Shown: piece after piece, positions 33,714 through 46,269 of the stretch
Position numbering within the stretch: position 1 is the first letter of the stretch
How the letters are laid out: each line of letters begins with the position of its first letter
Assembly (NCBI RefSeq): GCF_011745625.1
Contig: NW_027191460.1
Span: forward strand, 434,001 to 498,000
Direction of reading: 5' to 3'
DNA: 64,000 nt
DNA from: Cladosporium halotolerans
Taxonomy: Eukaryota
Notes under the pieces: model-generated
Database searches by the model: none
What the model was told of the DNA's origin: nothing
What the model saw: the letters and a program-made list of their open reading frames with translations, nothing else
Program-made: the position numbers and the translations under genes

Positions 33714-34319
33714 CTACCTATCAAGTTTTAACGTCAAGACGAGCAAGGTGACATAAGCGACAACGCTCAAGCAAGTCAAGACGACCACTACGTTTCCGCT
33801 CGTACGGAACCGCTTCCTACTCAGTCCATCATCGCCAACCTCGCTGAAAAACTGGCGATTCCCCTGCATGCGTCGGAAGGCGCTGACGGCCAGCACGCCG
33901 GCGCCGTAGACTGCGAACAACGCTCCTGGGGTGGAAATCGGATCAGTCTGCTGGCTTTGGATACACTGCTGCTTGCGGATGAAAGTTACCTATGCTGTAA
34001 AACTCGCTGGTGAAGATTTTCAGGACAACGAGCGCGAAGCTGAACTGACCGAGCGAGGTGCGGATGTAGGCTCCTTCGAAGGTGCGCTGAGCCGCGCGGA
34101 TCTCCACGAGCTCGGAGGGCGTGAGGATCACGGAGCGGGCGCGGTGGAGGCGTAAGTGGTATCGGTTTTGAGCATGGCGAGTCTATTTGCGTTAGTGACC
34201 TAGTATGTTATTCGCGCCGTTCGCTTCAAGTAGCCGAAAGGAACATGACGAGTCGGTGAGCTCGCTCGTGGAGATATTGGTTCGTGTAATGCATGGAATC
34301 GTCCACTCACCTCAAACAT
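33714..34319 (-). CDS. Small membrane protein, DUF202/YidH-like; exons 34319-34311, 34182-33990, 33925-33714
   Basis: Splicing gives MFETRHAQNRYHLRLHRARSVILTPSELVEIRAAQRTFEGAYIRT... with three hydrophobic helices. Donors, branch sites and acceptors are canonical. Confidence 0.72.
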
Positions 34320-35077
34320 GTTGGACTACTGGTGTCGTTCTGACATCCTTCTTATCACCTTCCGATTTGCGTGCGAAAGGGTTGCACCGACAAACGCAAA
34401 CAAGTGGAGCTGTGGTCGAAGCACGCGTATGTACTGGACGACGGCGGAAGCACGCAAGCGAGGATGCGCAGCAAGACCTCACCTTAAGCTCTTGCCAAGC
34501 TCTAACCCGACATCACACTACACCTCGTACTTCCCATACCGCTCTTCATGCAATCTCGTCCGCGTCAGCAGCACGTGCAACAGATGTATCGAAGCCTGTC
34601 GGTCTGGACCACAGCAGCAGTGGAGGTCGCCGGCCACCCGCCAGCCAGGCTCTAAGCACAGCAAGAGGGGGTGTGCCGGTGGGGTAGGTAGGGGTACCCG
34701 CGCATGGGAGTGGAGGGCGGCAGCCTGCGGCATGCGGAACTCCCACCCATTCCTCCCCAACTTCCCGTCTCTTCTCACACATCCGTTTGCCTCTGCTTCC
34801 TCCTTTCCCATTAAATTACCATGCACAGCACTGATCACCACCATTGACGTCGGCAGACCGCGTCCGGGACGACTCACCAGCAAAGCTGCCTCGCCTTCTC
34901 CGCCTCGCATCGCGGCTCAAGGGCGCCTGGCCTTGTCAACAGCTCTATCGCCTGCCCTTGACTTCCACGCAGCGGCTCGTCCGCCTACTCCCTGGACGAC
35001 CGAACCTGCCCAGACGCCTCCCACCAATCCACCACCCTCCACCCAGCCTCGACTTTTTGTCGCGTACCTTGGTTAAC

Positions 35078-36316
35078 ATGGGCGACATCGAAGGCAACAC
35101 GCCGCCGTCGGCCGCGACCGGCACAAAGCGCAAACGCGACAGCAAAGCGCCGCAGCTGAAATTTTACGCCGTCCGCATCGGCAAAGCCCCCGGCATCTAC
35201 CACACCTGGCCCGACTGCCTGGAGCAGGTCCGCGGCTTCCCCAAAGCCGTCTTCAAGTCCTTCACATCCCTCACCGAGGCCGAGAGTTTCCTCAACAACG
35301 AAGAGGCCGTGGGCGGAGTCGGCAAGACGACGCGCTTCTACGGCGTGCAGAGCGGCAGGAATCCCGGCGTGTACACGAGCTGGCCTGAGGTGCTGGAGCA
35401 GATTAGAGGATGGAAGGGGCCGAAGCACAGAGGGTTCAAGACGCGCTATGAGGCGGAGCAGTTCGTGGCTGAAGGGCAGAACACGGGGTATGAGATGTCG
35501 GATGTGGCTGTGGACAGCGTCGAAACGCCCGACGGGCCCGCGGCGAAGAAGAGCAAGAACAGCAAAGGCAGGAAGAGTGGTATAAAGGATGAGATGTCAC
35601 CTGCTCCGTTCGTTGATCCCTTCGAGTATGCGCCTGGTGAGGCGCCGCTGCCTGAGGATGCGGAGGATGGCTTTGACTCTATGATCGTTCTGGACCAAAC
35701 TACTGGAGAGACCCGCTACAAAACTGCGGAAGAGCTTGCGCGCGTGAAACCCCAGGTAGTGCGTCCCGCGAAAGACTCGTTGGTCAAGATCTACACGGAC
35801 GGCTCTTCACTGGGCAATGGCCAACTAGGCGCTGTCGGAGGCGTCGGAGTATACTTCGGGCCAGGCGATGGACGCAACCTGAGTGAAGGCCTGACGGGAA
35901 CTCGACAAACAAACCAACGCGCCGAACTCACGGCTCTCCAGCGTGCTCTGGAGCTGGCGCCGAAGGACCGCAAGCTCCTCATCTACAGCGACAGCAACTA
36001 CGCCATCAACTGCGTCACAATTTGGTTCCAGAAATGGCGCACCAACAACTGGCAGAACTCCGCCGGCAAGGCGGTCGAGAACAAAGATCTCGTCGTGAAG
36101 ATCATAGAGATGCTGGAGGAGCGCTACCGCATGAACAGGCACCGCGTGGACGATGGGGACGACGATGGCAAAACTGGCGAAGGCCACTGGGAACGTGGCC
36201 CGGCGAGCGTAGAGTTCAGGTGGGTCAAGGGTCATGCTAAGGACGAGGGGAACAACGCGGCGGATCAGCTTGCTGTCGCTGCTGCTCGGGAGGCGAAGGC
36301 GCATGAGTCGTATTGA
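35078..36316 (+). CDS. RNH1: Ribonuclease H1
   Basis: Two hybrid-binding domains (FYAVRIGKAPGIYHTW, FYGVQSGRNPGVYTSW) and the catalytic motifs IYTDGS, TNQRAEL, YSDS, WVKGH and GNNAADQLA. Confidence 0.95.
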   Translation: MGDIEGNTPPSAATGTKRKRDSKAPQLKFYAVRIGKAPGIYHTWPDCLEQVRGFPKAVFKSFTSLTEAESFLNNEEAVGGVGKTTRFYGVQSGRNPGVYTSWPEVLEQIRGWKGPKHRGFKTRYEAEQFVAEGQNTGYEMSDVAVDSVETPDGPAAKKSKNSKGRKSGIKDEMSPAPFVDPFEYAPGEAPLPEDAEDGFDSMIVLDQTTGETRYKTAEELARVKPQVVRPAKDSLVKIYTDGSSLGNGQLGAVGGVGVYFGPGDGRNLSEGLTGTRQTNQRAELTALQRALELAPKDRKLLIYSDSNYAINCVTIWFQKWRTNNWQNSAGKAVENKDLVVKIIEMLEERYRMNRHRVDDGDDDGKTGEGHWERGPASVEFRWVKGHAKDEGNNAADQLAVAAAREAKAHESY

Positions 36317-37019
36317 TGTGTTCATTCTGTGGGGGTACAGGGTTCGTCTGGTTTTACATAATCAAGGGACATTGCAATGCAGTCAGAAACGGACTCGCAG
36401 CGAGGTCGTGGTTGGGGAGTAGTAATGGATGCGGCATCCAAGATAGAGAGTAATAGCACGAGACACGATTGTACATTATTGGCACCTTCCAAGACTCACC
36501 GGATACCTTCACTACAACATAAATTGTTGTGGAACAACTTGCAAGTTAGGAATTTCCTATGCGACAGTTCCTGAGAAGGGCACAGAGCTCAACAGGCTTT
36601 TAGAAGGCTTGCTCACTACAGCTTTGCTGCCACTTCAGTTCCATTATCGACCCTTTCACGCCGGATGAACCCCTTGGTGGGGACGCTGTACAGGGCAGAG
36701 AACGTCATTTTCATGAACCCTATGAGACCCTTTGATGGGATGGAGGGGCACGAATATGGCTGTCGCGGATTTTTCTCCGGCATCTCTATTTGTCTGTCGG
36801 TACCTGCGTCTGTATTCTTCACGAGTCATGAGGGTTTTCGGCAGTTCTTTTTATCCTCACTAGCCGCGACATTAGAGCGGGACACGGCGGGGCATCCACA
36901 CATCGCCCCTCATCTTCATGGTAACGGGCCAATTTTCCAAATGATGTGTTCCGCTCTCTCTTGTAAGTCCGTGACTTCCCTTCCTTGAATCAAGCTCAAA
37001 TCAATTCCTGCTTTCAAAA

Positions 37020-38237
37020 ATGTCCACCTCTCCTCGCAACCCGCCGTTCCGCGCCGAGCACATTGGCTCCCTGCTCCGCCCCGAGGAGCTTGTCAAGCAG
37101 CGTTATGCTGTCGCCGACAAGAGCGCCTCTCCCGAGTCCCTGGTTCCCATTGAGCAGAAGGCGATCAGGGATGTCGTGCAGCTTCAGCAGGAGGTCGGCA
37201 TCCGTAGCATCACCAATGGCGAGTACTCGAGGCACATGTTCTGGGGCACTTTCTTCGAGACCTTGAACGGCATGGAGGAGGTTAACATGCGCGATGGCGG
37301 CTACGACATGGGCATCTTCCGCCAATACGCGCCGGACGTCAAGAGCTTCATGCACGCGAAGACCGTCCCCAACAGCGTCACCGTGGCCACTGGCAAGGTG
37401 TCTCACACTGGCACCTCCTCCTTCCTCCCCGAGTTCGAGTACCTCAAGACCATTGTCCCCAAGGAGCAGTGGAAGGACATCAAGCTCACCCTCACGAGCC
37501 CCTCCTGGTACCACTTCCGCTACGGCCCCAACAAGGCCTACAACAAGGGCGTCTACGCCAACGATGACGAGTACTTTGCCGATATCGCCAAAGCCTACCA
37601 GACCGAGCTGAAGATACTATATGACGCCGGGCTGCGCAACGCGCAGGTCGACGACCCCAACCTTGCCTACTTCTGCTCCGACGCCATGCTGCAGGGCTGG
37701 AAGGAGGACAAGGACAACTTCCAGACCGCCGACGAGCAGTTCGCCGCCTACATCCGCTTCTACAACAAGTGCTTCGAGCGGCCCGCCGACTTCCACCTCG
37801 GCATCCACCTGTGCCGCGGCAACTACGTCGGCTCCAAGCACTTCTCCGAGGGCGCCTACGACGCCATCGCCAAGACCATGTTCGAGGACCTCAACGTCTC
37901 CACCTTCTACCTCGAGTACGACACCCCACGCGCCGGCGGCTTCGAGCCCCTGAAGTTCCTGCCGAAGGACAAGAACGTGGTCCTGGGCGTCGTGACGTCC
38001 AAGTTCCCCGAGCTTGAGAAGAAGGAGGACATGATCGAGCGTGTGAACACGGCGGCCGAGTTCGTCGCGGCTGGCAGCGGCGTGAGCAAGGAGGAGGCTT
38101 TGCAGAGGCTTAGTGTCAGCCCGCAGTGTGGTTTCGCGTCGCACGCTGAGGGTAACTCGCTGGGATACGAGGATATGAGAAAGAAGCTGCAGCTCGTGAG
38201 GGCGATTGCTGACGACGTCTGGAAGGGCGAGCCTTGA
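37020..38237 (+). CDS. Cobalamin-independent methionine synthase-like protein, catalytic domain only (UROD/MetE-like)
   Basis: Motifs FRAEHIGSLLRP, TNGEYSR, QVDDP and zinc-ligand motifs HLCRGN, LEYD, SPQCGFAS. 405 aa, lacking the MetE N-terminal barrel. Confidence 0.88.
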   Translation: MSTSPRNPPFRAEHIGSLLRPEELVKQRYAVADKSASPESLVPIEQKAIRDVVQLQQEVGIRSITNGEYSRHMFWGTFFETLNGMEEVNMRDGGYDMGIFRQYAPDVKSFMHAKTVPNSVTVATGKVSHTGTSSFLPEFEYLKTIVPKEQWKDIKLTLTSPSWYHFRYGPNKAYNKGVYANDDEYFADIAKAYQTELKILYDAGLRNAQVDDPNLAYFCSDAMLQGWKEDKDNFQTADEQFAAYIRFYNKCFERPADFHLGIHLCRGNYVGSKHFSEGAYDAIAKTMFEDLNVSTFYLEYDTPRAGGFEPLKFLPKDKNVVLGVVTSKFPELEKKEDMIERVNTAAEFVAAGSGVSKEEALQRLSVSPQCGFASHAEGNSLGYEDMRKKLQLVRAIADDVWKGEP

Positions 38238-38728
38238 GGTCTGAAAGCGACGGCGGTGTGAGCTGTCCGAGGATGCGTGGCGATTAGCCAACCCTGTTTC
38301 AACACTGCGAACGAGACCTGGTATATCTCGTGAGAGCCAGCAAGATTCGAAACGAAGTTACGAAAAGAGTGTATGTATTGGATGAAGCGTTGTAGTTAGC
38401 AGTCGGTATGCATATTCAACATTCAAGATGGGAGATACCCTAAAGCAAATATCAGATTTTGAACAGGAAGATACGTGACTCTATCTGAGAATGAACAACG
38501 AGAAATTGTAGAATGCTTTCAGAGAAGCCATCGGTGCAGCACCTTGATGGGGCCTGAGTATGCATTTGATCGAGCGCTCAAGTCATGTGACAGCGCGACT
38601 TGGCTTGGCGCCAGCGACGCGCCTGAGGCGAACTTCACGCGACAAGAGTTATGGAAAGTGAACAATCTTATCAGTGGCACCGATACACCAGGCCGGGGCC
38701 ATCGACCTTAAACTTCTAGCAGATCGTC

Positions 38729-41657
38729 ATGGGCTTCATGAAGCCGTTCAAGCCACCTTCGCTGGTCGGTAAAAACACTCTGAACGGCCGACCTCCGCCA
38801 TCGTTCGATGAGGAACCTCCGACCAAGAAACGAAGATACAGTGATGGCGAATCAAATGATGATGATGCTGAGGTGGTAGCTGCCGCCGCGAAAGTACTGA
38901 AGAAGCCTAAATCGATACCGAAGTTTCAACCTTTGCTGCAGAAACCGGTCAATACAGTGGCGAACAGCCAAAACAGCAGCCAAGGAAGCGAAGAGAAATC
39001 GTCGTCGAGTCAGGAGAGTTATTATACTGTTCTATGGTATGTTTGATTAGTATCGAATTTGTCAAGAATGATGCTGATCCATCCCTAGGCGCAAATTCAC
39101 AACCAAGAAGAACAAGACCTGGGACGGCGATGGCATCCTCTCAGTATCAGATGGCTATGCGCGACTCCAGGATGTGTCAGGCCGCGACCTCGGCCGGTCT
39201 GCATACAAATCGCTTCCTAGTGAGGGCGATGAGCTTTCGGTCGGAGGTAGAGAGATTCAGATCGAATCGGCAATCTCAAGGACCGACTACATGGCTGGCC
39301 GCCCTTTCTTAAGCAACGCCGCAAAACCTGCACCACAGTTAAAGAATGTCGACAATGTCTCGAAGGTGTCTGCCAAGTCTCAGCAGAAGTTTAAGAAGCT
39401 TCACGAGACTCAAAAAGACCCTAAAGCATCGTTGCCTGCAACACAGGCGAGCAAAGCAGAATTTAAGACGCCATTCAAAGATAAGTCGACAGTCCTGGCA
39501 CCGAACAAAGCCAGTAAAGTGCCAGTGCCTCGACATGATCCCAAAGCGGAGAATGCTTTGGTAATGAAGCGACCATCTACCGTGCCGAAAGGCAAGCAGG
39601 TTGTTGACGTCGTCGTTGACCCCCTGCTGACGAAAAGTCTGAGAGCACATCAGCGTCAAGGCGTGGCATTTTTGTACGATTGCGTGATGGGCATGAGGGG
39701 AAGTTCTGGCGAAGGTGCAATCCTTGCAGATGAGATGGGTCTTGGAAAGACCCTTCAGACTATTGCTCTACTCTGGACGCTCATGAAGCAGAACCCGATT
39801 GATGGCGAGCCACCTGTTGTAAAGAAGGCGCTGATCGTTTGCCCAGTGACGCTCATCAACAACTGGCGCAAGGAGATCAGGAAATGGCTCGGGAACGAAC
39901 GACTAGGCGTTTTTGTGGCAGATGATAAGCATAAGCGACTGACCGACTTCACAAAGGGCAGAGCTTACAGCATCATGATCATTGGCTATGAGAAGCTGCG
40001 TATGGTACAAGAGGACCTCCAGAAAGGTGCAGCGATTGACATAGTCATTGCTGACGAAGGGCACCGCCTCAAGACGGCTACGAACAAGTCCGCCGCAGCG
40101 ATCAAATCACTGAATACCGAGAGGAGGGTAATTCTGTCAGGTACACCAATTCAGAACGACCTCGCCGAGTTCCACACCATGGTAGACTTCGTCAACCCGG
40201 GCCTTCTTGAGAAATACTCGGTCTTCAAGCGGACATTTGAGACACCAATCTTAAAAAGTCAGCAGCCAGGCGCTTCTGCGAAAGACTTAGAGATTGGAGA
40301 AGCTCGAGGTGAGGAGCTGGCGGAGATCACGGGAAAGTTCATTCTCAGAAGAACCGCCGACATATTGGCTCAGTATTTGCCGCAAAAGACGGAGCACGTC
40401 TTGTTTTGCAGGCCAACAGCAGCACAGGCATCAGTGTATCGCGCTATCATCGGATCGCCAACATTCAATGCTGCTCTTGGGTCTGCTGCCATATCTCTGG
40501 AGCTCATCACTGTCCTGAAGAAGGCCTGTAACAGTCCGACGCTGCTGCTCAACAAAAGCGATAAGGGAGAAGAGACCATCAAGCCTGCAATTCTGGAGAG
40601 CGTTCCAGCCAAACTGTTAAAGTCGATGAACCCGGGCATGAGCGGCAAAGTCCAAGTGTTGGATCGCCTACTCCACCAAATTTATACTACAACTGAGGAG
40701 AAGGTGGTTCTCGTCAGTAACTACACTTCCACGCTTGATGTGCTGCAGAGCTTGATTAGCTCGATGGATTATACATTCCTGCGACTTGATGGAGCCACTC
40801 CTGCGGGCAAGAGGCAAGACCTCGTTGACCGTTTCAACCGTTTTACGCAGAAGGCAGGTTTTATTTTCCTCCTCTCCGCCAAAGCTGGTGGTGTCGGGCT
40901 CAATCTCATCGGTGCCTCGCGCCTCGTTCTTTTCGATCTCGACTGGAACCCTGCAACCGATACGCAAGCCATGGCTCGAATCCATCGCGATGGCCAGAAA
41001 CGGCCCTGCTATATCTACCGCATGCTGACTCAGGGCGCGCTGGACGAGAAGATCTTCCAGCGCCAGGTCAGCAAAACCGGATTGGCTGACAGCGTTGTGG
41101 ACGGCAAGAGCGGTGCCAGCGGCTTCACGAGGGAAGAGTTGCGGGATCTATTCACCTTCGATGAAGGCGAGGCTTGTCAGACGCACGAGTTGCTCGGGTG
41201 TGCGTGTGGTGGGAGTGGCACGCCGCTGCCACCTCCAGAAGACATTGAAGCAAGCGTGGGCGAAGAGGTCGCGTCATCTGGCGAGAACACAACAGAAGAA
41301 ACTGCGAAGGACGGCGAAGAAGACGAAGAGGACGTGCCCCTCCGCCCCAAACTCCGCTACCAGACCAGCGCAACCGTGAATATGGAAGAGCAGGAAGCTG
41401 AGATCAGCCGCAAGAAGAAAGCGCTCAAAGACTCCGGCGGCAAGGCGAAGATGGTAAGTCTCATGCAGTACACGCACATCGACCCCTCAGCGATCTCACG
41501 TGCACCAACTCGCAACCCTACGCCTGCGGGCGACGACGAAGACGGCACGACGGCATTTAGTCCCATGGAGGTCGCTGTGGAGGATACCGCTTTGCGATGC
41601 GTGCTGGAGGAAGAGGGATCGAGGGTGCGGTACGTGTTCTCGAAGGCAAGCTCCTGA
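38729..41657 (+). CDS. RDH54: SNF2-family DNA translocase Rdh54/Rad54B; exons 38729-39036, 39089-41657
   Basis: Intron 39037-39088 restores WRKFTTKKNKTWDGDG. Motifs LADEMGLGKT, DEGH, SGTPIQNDL, GLNLIGASRL, WNPA and ARIHRDGQ. Confidence 0.9.
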
Positions 41658-42305
41658 ATTGTACTGCATTGATGACTTCGACATGATAAGGAGTTCAAAT
41701 TTGCTATCACTACCTCAGACTCATACACATAGCTATGATACCCCATTACGCGGTTCAAGGTGCACGCGTTGCTTCCCAACAACCTGCACACTCCATTTCA
41801 ACATGCCACAAATTCATCAACGTTCCTAGTTTGAGCTCGCACGCTACAACCTCGTAGCGTTTCCGTGAGCAATCGAAGTGTTGCTTTTGCTTCAATCGAT
41901 TGCCCTGAAGAGCGTGCGGCTCGCTTGTCCCGTTTGATCGAATGACGTAAAGCGCCAACGAAGTCCAGCTCAGCGGAATTGTAAATGAACTCAGATCGCG
42001 GATGAGTAACACGGTCACAAAAGAGTGGGTGTCTCCTTTCGAGCGTTCAGCGAGCGATGGGGTGTCATGGTTGAATTGCGGTCTTGTGCAGCGGCAATGC
42101 ACTACTGGCCACATTGAAATCATGTGTCTTGCAGAGCGCCACCCTCATCGAGAATCCTTCAAATTGGGGATAAAGTTCCGTTACCAACAACGAAAATCGT
42201 TCCGTTCCTGTGGACAGAAGCAGGGGTTGAGTGCTTGGAGGCAGCGACATGAACGGTACGCAAGGAGTGTCTGGATCAGTACCTTCCTAGTCGCGGCCGA
42301 AAGTT

Positions 42306-43463
42306 TCATCCGTTCTTCTTAGACTTCAGATTCGAGATCTTTGGCAACGTAGGCATCTTGACGTCGGACGCCACTCTCTGAACTTGCGCCACAGCGTCGC
42401 CTAGGAGGACACGAATCGCACCTTCAAGCCGCATGTCCTGCTTCCTACGCAGATAGAGGATGACAATCCACAAAAGGACGGCGTCGGCCAGGACGAATGA
42501 AAGAGCCCATCCACCGAGACGCAGGATCCAGTTGAAAAAGCTCTTTCGCCGCTGGTTCTTGATGAAGCGGTGATTCTCCAGCTGTTCTCGGAGAGCAGCG
42601 ACCTCTGTTGTGAGCTTTATCAAGCCATTCTCGACACGCTTACGCCACCTCGCATCACCCGGTGTTGCGGTATTCTGTGCTCGGCGGAAAAACGGCGATT
42701 CGCCCGTGCCTGTTCGCGGATCCTGCGTGCCCCCCTCCTCTCCTTCTTCGGGCATATTCAGATCTCCAGCATCGACTTGAGACACGGGTGCGTCGACGAA
42801 TTCTTCCTGCTCTTCTTCCAAAGCTTCCTCTTCATCCGCCTGCGAGACAGGCGACAGAATCCTCAAAGGCCGATTCGCCCCACTAGTCGCATTTTCCATC
42901 GCGGCCGCCGAGCTTGACACCATCCCCTGCGCATCTCCCGACCTCTCGCTCTGCAGATACCCGCTGCGCTCCAGATGCTGCAACGGGCTGGAGTGCTCGC
43001 TGGACGAATGCTGCGAGTTGCTCTTGATCTGGTCCCAGACGAACTCCAGCTCCTCGACCAGTTGCTTGGCCTCGACTGTGTGCGATGCGTATTTGTGCAT
43101 CGTCTCGATCAGCTTTTCGATATACCGGCGTTTCGCCTCAGTGCGCGATAGGCCTTGGTTGTCCCGCCAGGCGTCCCATTTCTCCTGCTCCTTGCGTAGC
43201 TGCTCGGCGGACATGCTGGGTTGATTGGTGGCGTCGGGCCGATCGGCTATGGCGAGCACGTCGCCCTCCATGGATTGTTTGTAGAGGCCGTAAAGTGCGA
43301 GTCGGTCGTTGGTGGGTGGCTTTTGTGAGCCGGGCCGGATCTTGTTGACGGTGTTGAGGGCATGACCGAAGACTCGATCTGCTGGATGGTGAGAAGGTGC
43401 ATTTGGGCTTACAATGTTTGTTGGCTCGCAAGCCGGTGGCAACTTACCCACTGAGTCGGACAT
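42306..43463 (-). CDS. Acyl-CoA-binding domain membrane protein (Atg37/ACBD5-like); exons 43463-43448, 43378-42306
   Basis: MSDSVDRVF after splicing; ACB motifs LYGLYKQSMEGD, KWDAW and EAKRRYI; coiled coil and a C-terminal TM helix. Confidence 0.85.
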   Translation of the reverse strand: MSDSVGKLPPACEPTNIVSPNAPSHHPADRVFGHALNTVNKIRPGSQKPPTNDRLALYGLYKQSMEGDVLAIADRPDATNQPSMSAEQLRKEQEKWDAWRDNQGLSRTEAKRRYIEKLIETMHKYASHTVEAKQLVEELEFVWDQIKSNSQHSSSEHSSPLQHLERSGYLQSERSGDAQGMVSSSAAAMENATSGANRPLRILSPVSQADEEEALEEEQEEFVDAPVSQVDAGDLNMPEEGEEGGTQDPRTGTGESPFFRRAQNTATPGDARWRKRVENGLIKLTTEVAALREQLENHRFIKNQRRKSFFNWILRLGGWALSFVLADAVLLWIVILYLRRKQDMRLEGAIRVLLGDAVAQVQRVASDVKMPTLPKISNLKSKKNG

Positions 43464-44248
43464 GATTGCTATAGACGCAGTAAATGGCGTGAGATTGCGA
43501 CGATGACGCGCAGATGGAGATGGACTGGAAGAAATGCACGCTTGGCAACGAAACAATTAGATGGCAGAAATATAACGATAGACGCTATGTGCGGGATCGA
43601 ACAGACTGATTCATGCCTTCATGTCGAGAGGCAGTACGGAGGAGTGGAGGTGGCCGTGTCGCGTGAGGAGTGAGTGTAGCAGCAGTTGCAGCAGGCCCAT
43701 GACGCTCGGCAATCGACTTAAGCATGTGAGAATGGCTGGAGGGGTGGCCTGGCCGAGGCAGGCAAAGACACGCGGGAGCGATAAGGACTAGCGCGATCAG
43801 ATAAACATCCTTCATCTCAGCTTCCATCTGATAATTCTCGGTGTGTCTTTTGCGCGGAAACGCCCTGCAATTTTCCGTCCGACATCCTTCACCGATTTCG
43901 GCGCCTTCTCTCCGTGGGCTATCTCCAGTCAAGCCTTGACCATGCCGCCTCAGCCGTCCTGGCGTTGCATTCGCTGCTTGTTTCGATATGGGCCCGTACT
44001 ATCGGTGAATCAACACCTTGATTCTGATGTAGGTTTGCATTGGCCGAGAGTCATACTCCGGTTTCGTTGCATTTTCTTTGCTTGATATGCAGTGGTAGGA
44101 AGTCTGCATCTTTTGTCGTCTCTATTCAACTCTAGTCACACTAATAGATTTCAATACCTCCATTGCATCTCGGTGTCTTGATTATCCGACCAAGGAACCT
44201 TCCTTCTGTAGATCCCATGGACCTTCCAATTGCACCTCTCTGCACAAG

Positions 44249-45919
44249 ATGAGCAATGAAAAGCCACCCAAAGAGGTACCAGAGCTGACTGGAGCCGAAT
44301 TTGACCATGTCACCGAGAGGAAAACCTTCCCTGAGGAAAACGTGCAGCCAGGACGAGCATCCCCACGAGAGTCGGTCGAGGATCCTGAAATAGAACGGCA
44401 GGCCAGGACAAGAAACACAAGCATCGCCGACACTGAAAGTCAAAGGACCAAGCTCGAACAAGTACGGTCCCATGTCTCGACCCACGACGCGCCTGGCGCA
44501 GACAATGGCCACTACGAGGAGGGCGATGAAGTCTACGACAAATTCACAAGCAGCCGAAAGATCATTATAGTCTGCGTGCTGAGCTTCTGTTCCTTCCTGG
44601 CCCCAATCTCCTCCACCAGCATTCTCTCTGCCTCGCCCGAAGTAGTAGCAACCTACAACACCACCGGCACAATCTTCAACCTGTCCAACGCCCTCTACAT
44701 GGTCTTCATGGGCCTCTCGCCCCTCCTCTACGGCCCCCTCGGCTCAACCTACGGCCGCAGGTGGCCCCTCATCGTCGCAGCAATCACCTTCACAGGCTTC
44801 AGCGCCGGCTCTGCCCTCTCGCCCAACCTCGCCTGCTACTTCGTCATGCGCATGCTCACCGCCTTCCAAGGCACCGCCTTCCTCATCATCGGCGGCACCG
44901 TCATCGGCGACATCTACCGGCCCATCGAGCGCGGGACCGCGTACGGCTTCTTCCTCTCCGGCACCCTCATCGGACCCGCCCTCGGCCCCCTCGTCGGCGG
45001 CATCCTTGTCACCTACGTGAGCTGGCGCGACATCTTCTGGCTGCAGACGGGCCTCGCGGGCGCCGCGTCCGTCGCCGTCTTCTTCCTCATCCCGGAGACG
45101 ATCCACCGCGCGCGCAAAGAGGACCTCGTGGGCTTGACGCGCGCCCAGCAGGCTCGCAAGCTCTGGTCTTGGATCAACCCCGTGCGCGTCCTGGCTTTGT
45201 TCCGCTACCCGAACCTCGCTGTCGCGGGCATCGCGAGCTCCAGTCTCGTCTGGAACATGTACTCGCTGCTCACGCCCATCCGGTACGTTCTCAACCCGCG
45301 CTTCGACCTCTCGACGCCCCTGCAGTCCGGTCTGTTCTACATCGCGCCGGGCTGCGGATACTTGTTCGGGACGTTCTTCGGCGGGCGATGGGCGGACCAT
45401 GTGGTGAAGTCTTGGATCAAGAAGCGCGGCGGCGAGCGCGTGCCCGAGGACCGCTTGCGGAGCTGCTTGGTTGCGCTGGGAGTCGTGATCCCGGCTTGCA
45501 TGCTGCTGTATGGCTGGTCGATTGAGAAGGAGGTTGGTGGGGTGCCGTTGCCGGTTATTGTCATGTTTGTGCAGGGCGTTGCGCAGTTGTTTTGTTTTCC
45601 GAGTTTGAACACGTACTGCCTTGTAAGTTTACTCCCCAAAGGAATGTATTCAGCGACGCACCAACTGACTCCTCTTTGACAGGATGTAATGAAGTCGCAG
45701 TCCAGCGAAGTCGTCGCCGGCAACTACGTGGTACGATACCTGTTCGCAGCCGCGGGCTCCGCGGCATGTTTACCGGTTATTGAACGCATCGGTGTGGGCT
45801 GGTTCAGCACCATCTCGGCCGCTTTCCTCGTTGTCGCTGCGCTCGGAACGTGGGCGACCGCGATCTGGGGTCACCAGTGGCAAGAGGCTGTCGAGAGACG
45901 GTGGCCGAGCGAGGGCTAG
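44249..45919 (+). CDS. MFS transporter, DHA1-like; exons 44249-45622, 45683-45919
   Basis: Motifs YGRRW, IGDIYRPIERG, GPALGPLVGG and PEDRL; about 12 hydrophobic segments; intron GTAAGT...CTGAC...CAG. Confidence 0.9.
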
Positions 45920-46269
45920 ACTTGAAAGGCAGTGGTCGTAATGCGGTGGGTGGTCTAATGATGTGGTTGCCGTATTGCTTTGGTAGCATTAGACGACGCA
46001 CGAGCGAGAAAGAGGAGATACCCCGGTGAAGTGCATGCTGGCGTTCCTTGTTGTCTTTTCTTGAGAATAATACCACTGCTTCGTCGTTTCTTGATGATTT
46101 GCCAAGCAATACATACACGATATGATCACAAATACATTCGGTGTAAGACGCACGATATCCGCTCACTATATTGACGATATCAGAGAAGCAGATATGAGGT
46201 ATCATCTGAAAATAACAAAAGCGTCCATGAAATAGAAATAAAGTTTTTCTCACATCGACCGACCACCAT

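Noticed and set aside
34844..35077. Upstream in-frame extensions in the ORF track starting at TTG/GTG (RNH1, and similarly PRP18, LPMO, ACBP, CLPTM1)
   Set aside because: These look like artefacts of allowing bacterial-style starts, so the first suitable ATG was used. A non-AUG mitochondrial extension of RNH1 cannot be excluded but has no direct support here.
45989..46036. Minus-strand micro-ORF MHFTGVSPLSRSCVV*, ~230 bp from the Mcm1-box array, suggestive of an a-factor-like pheromone precursor
   Set aside because: It ends in Cys-Val-Val-stop, one residue short of a CAAX box. It is only 15 aa and lies antisense to the probable 3' UTR of the MFS gene. Not supportable without transcript data.
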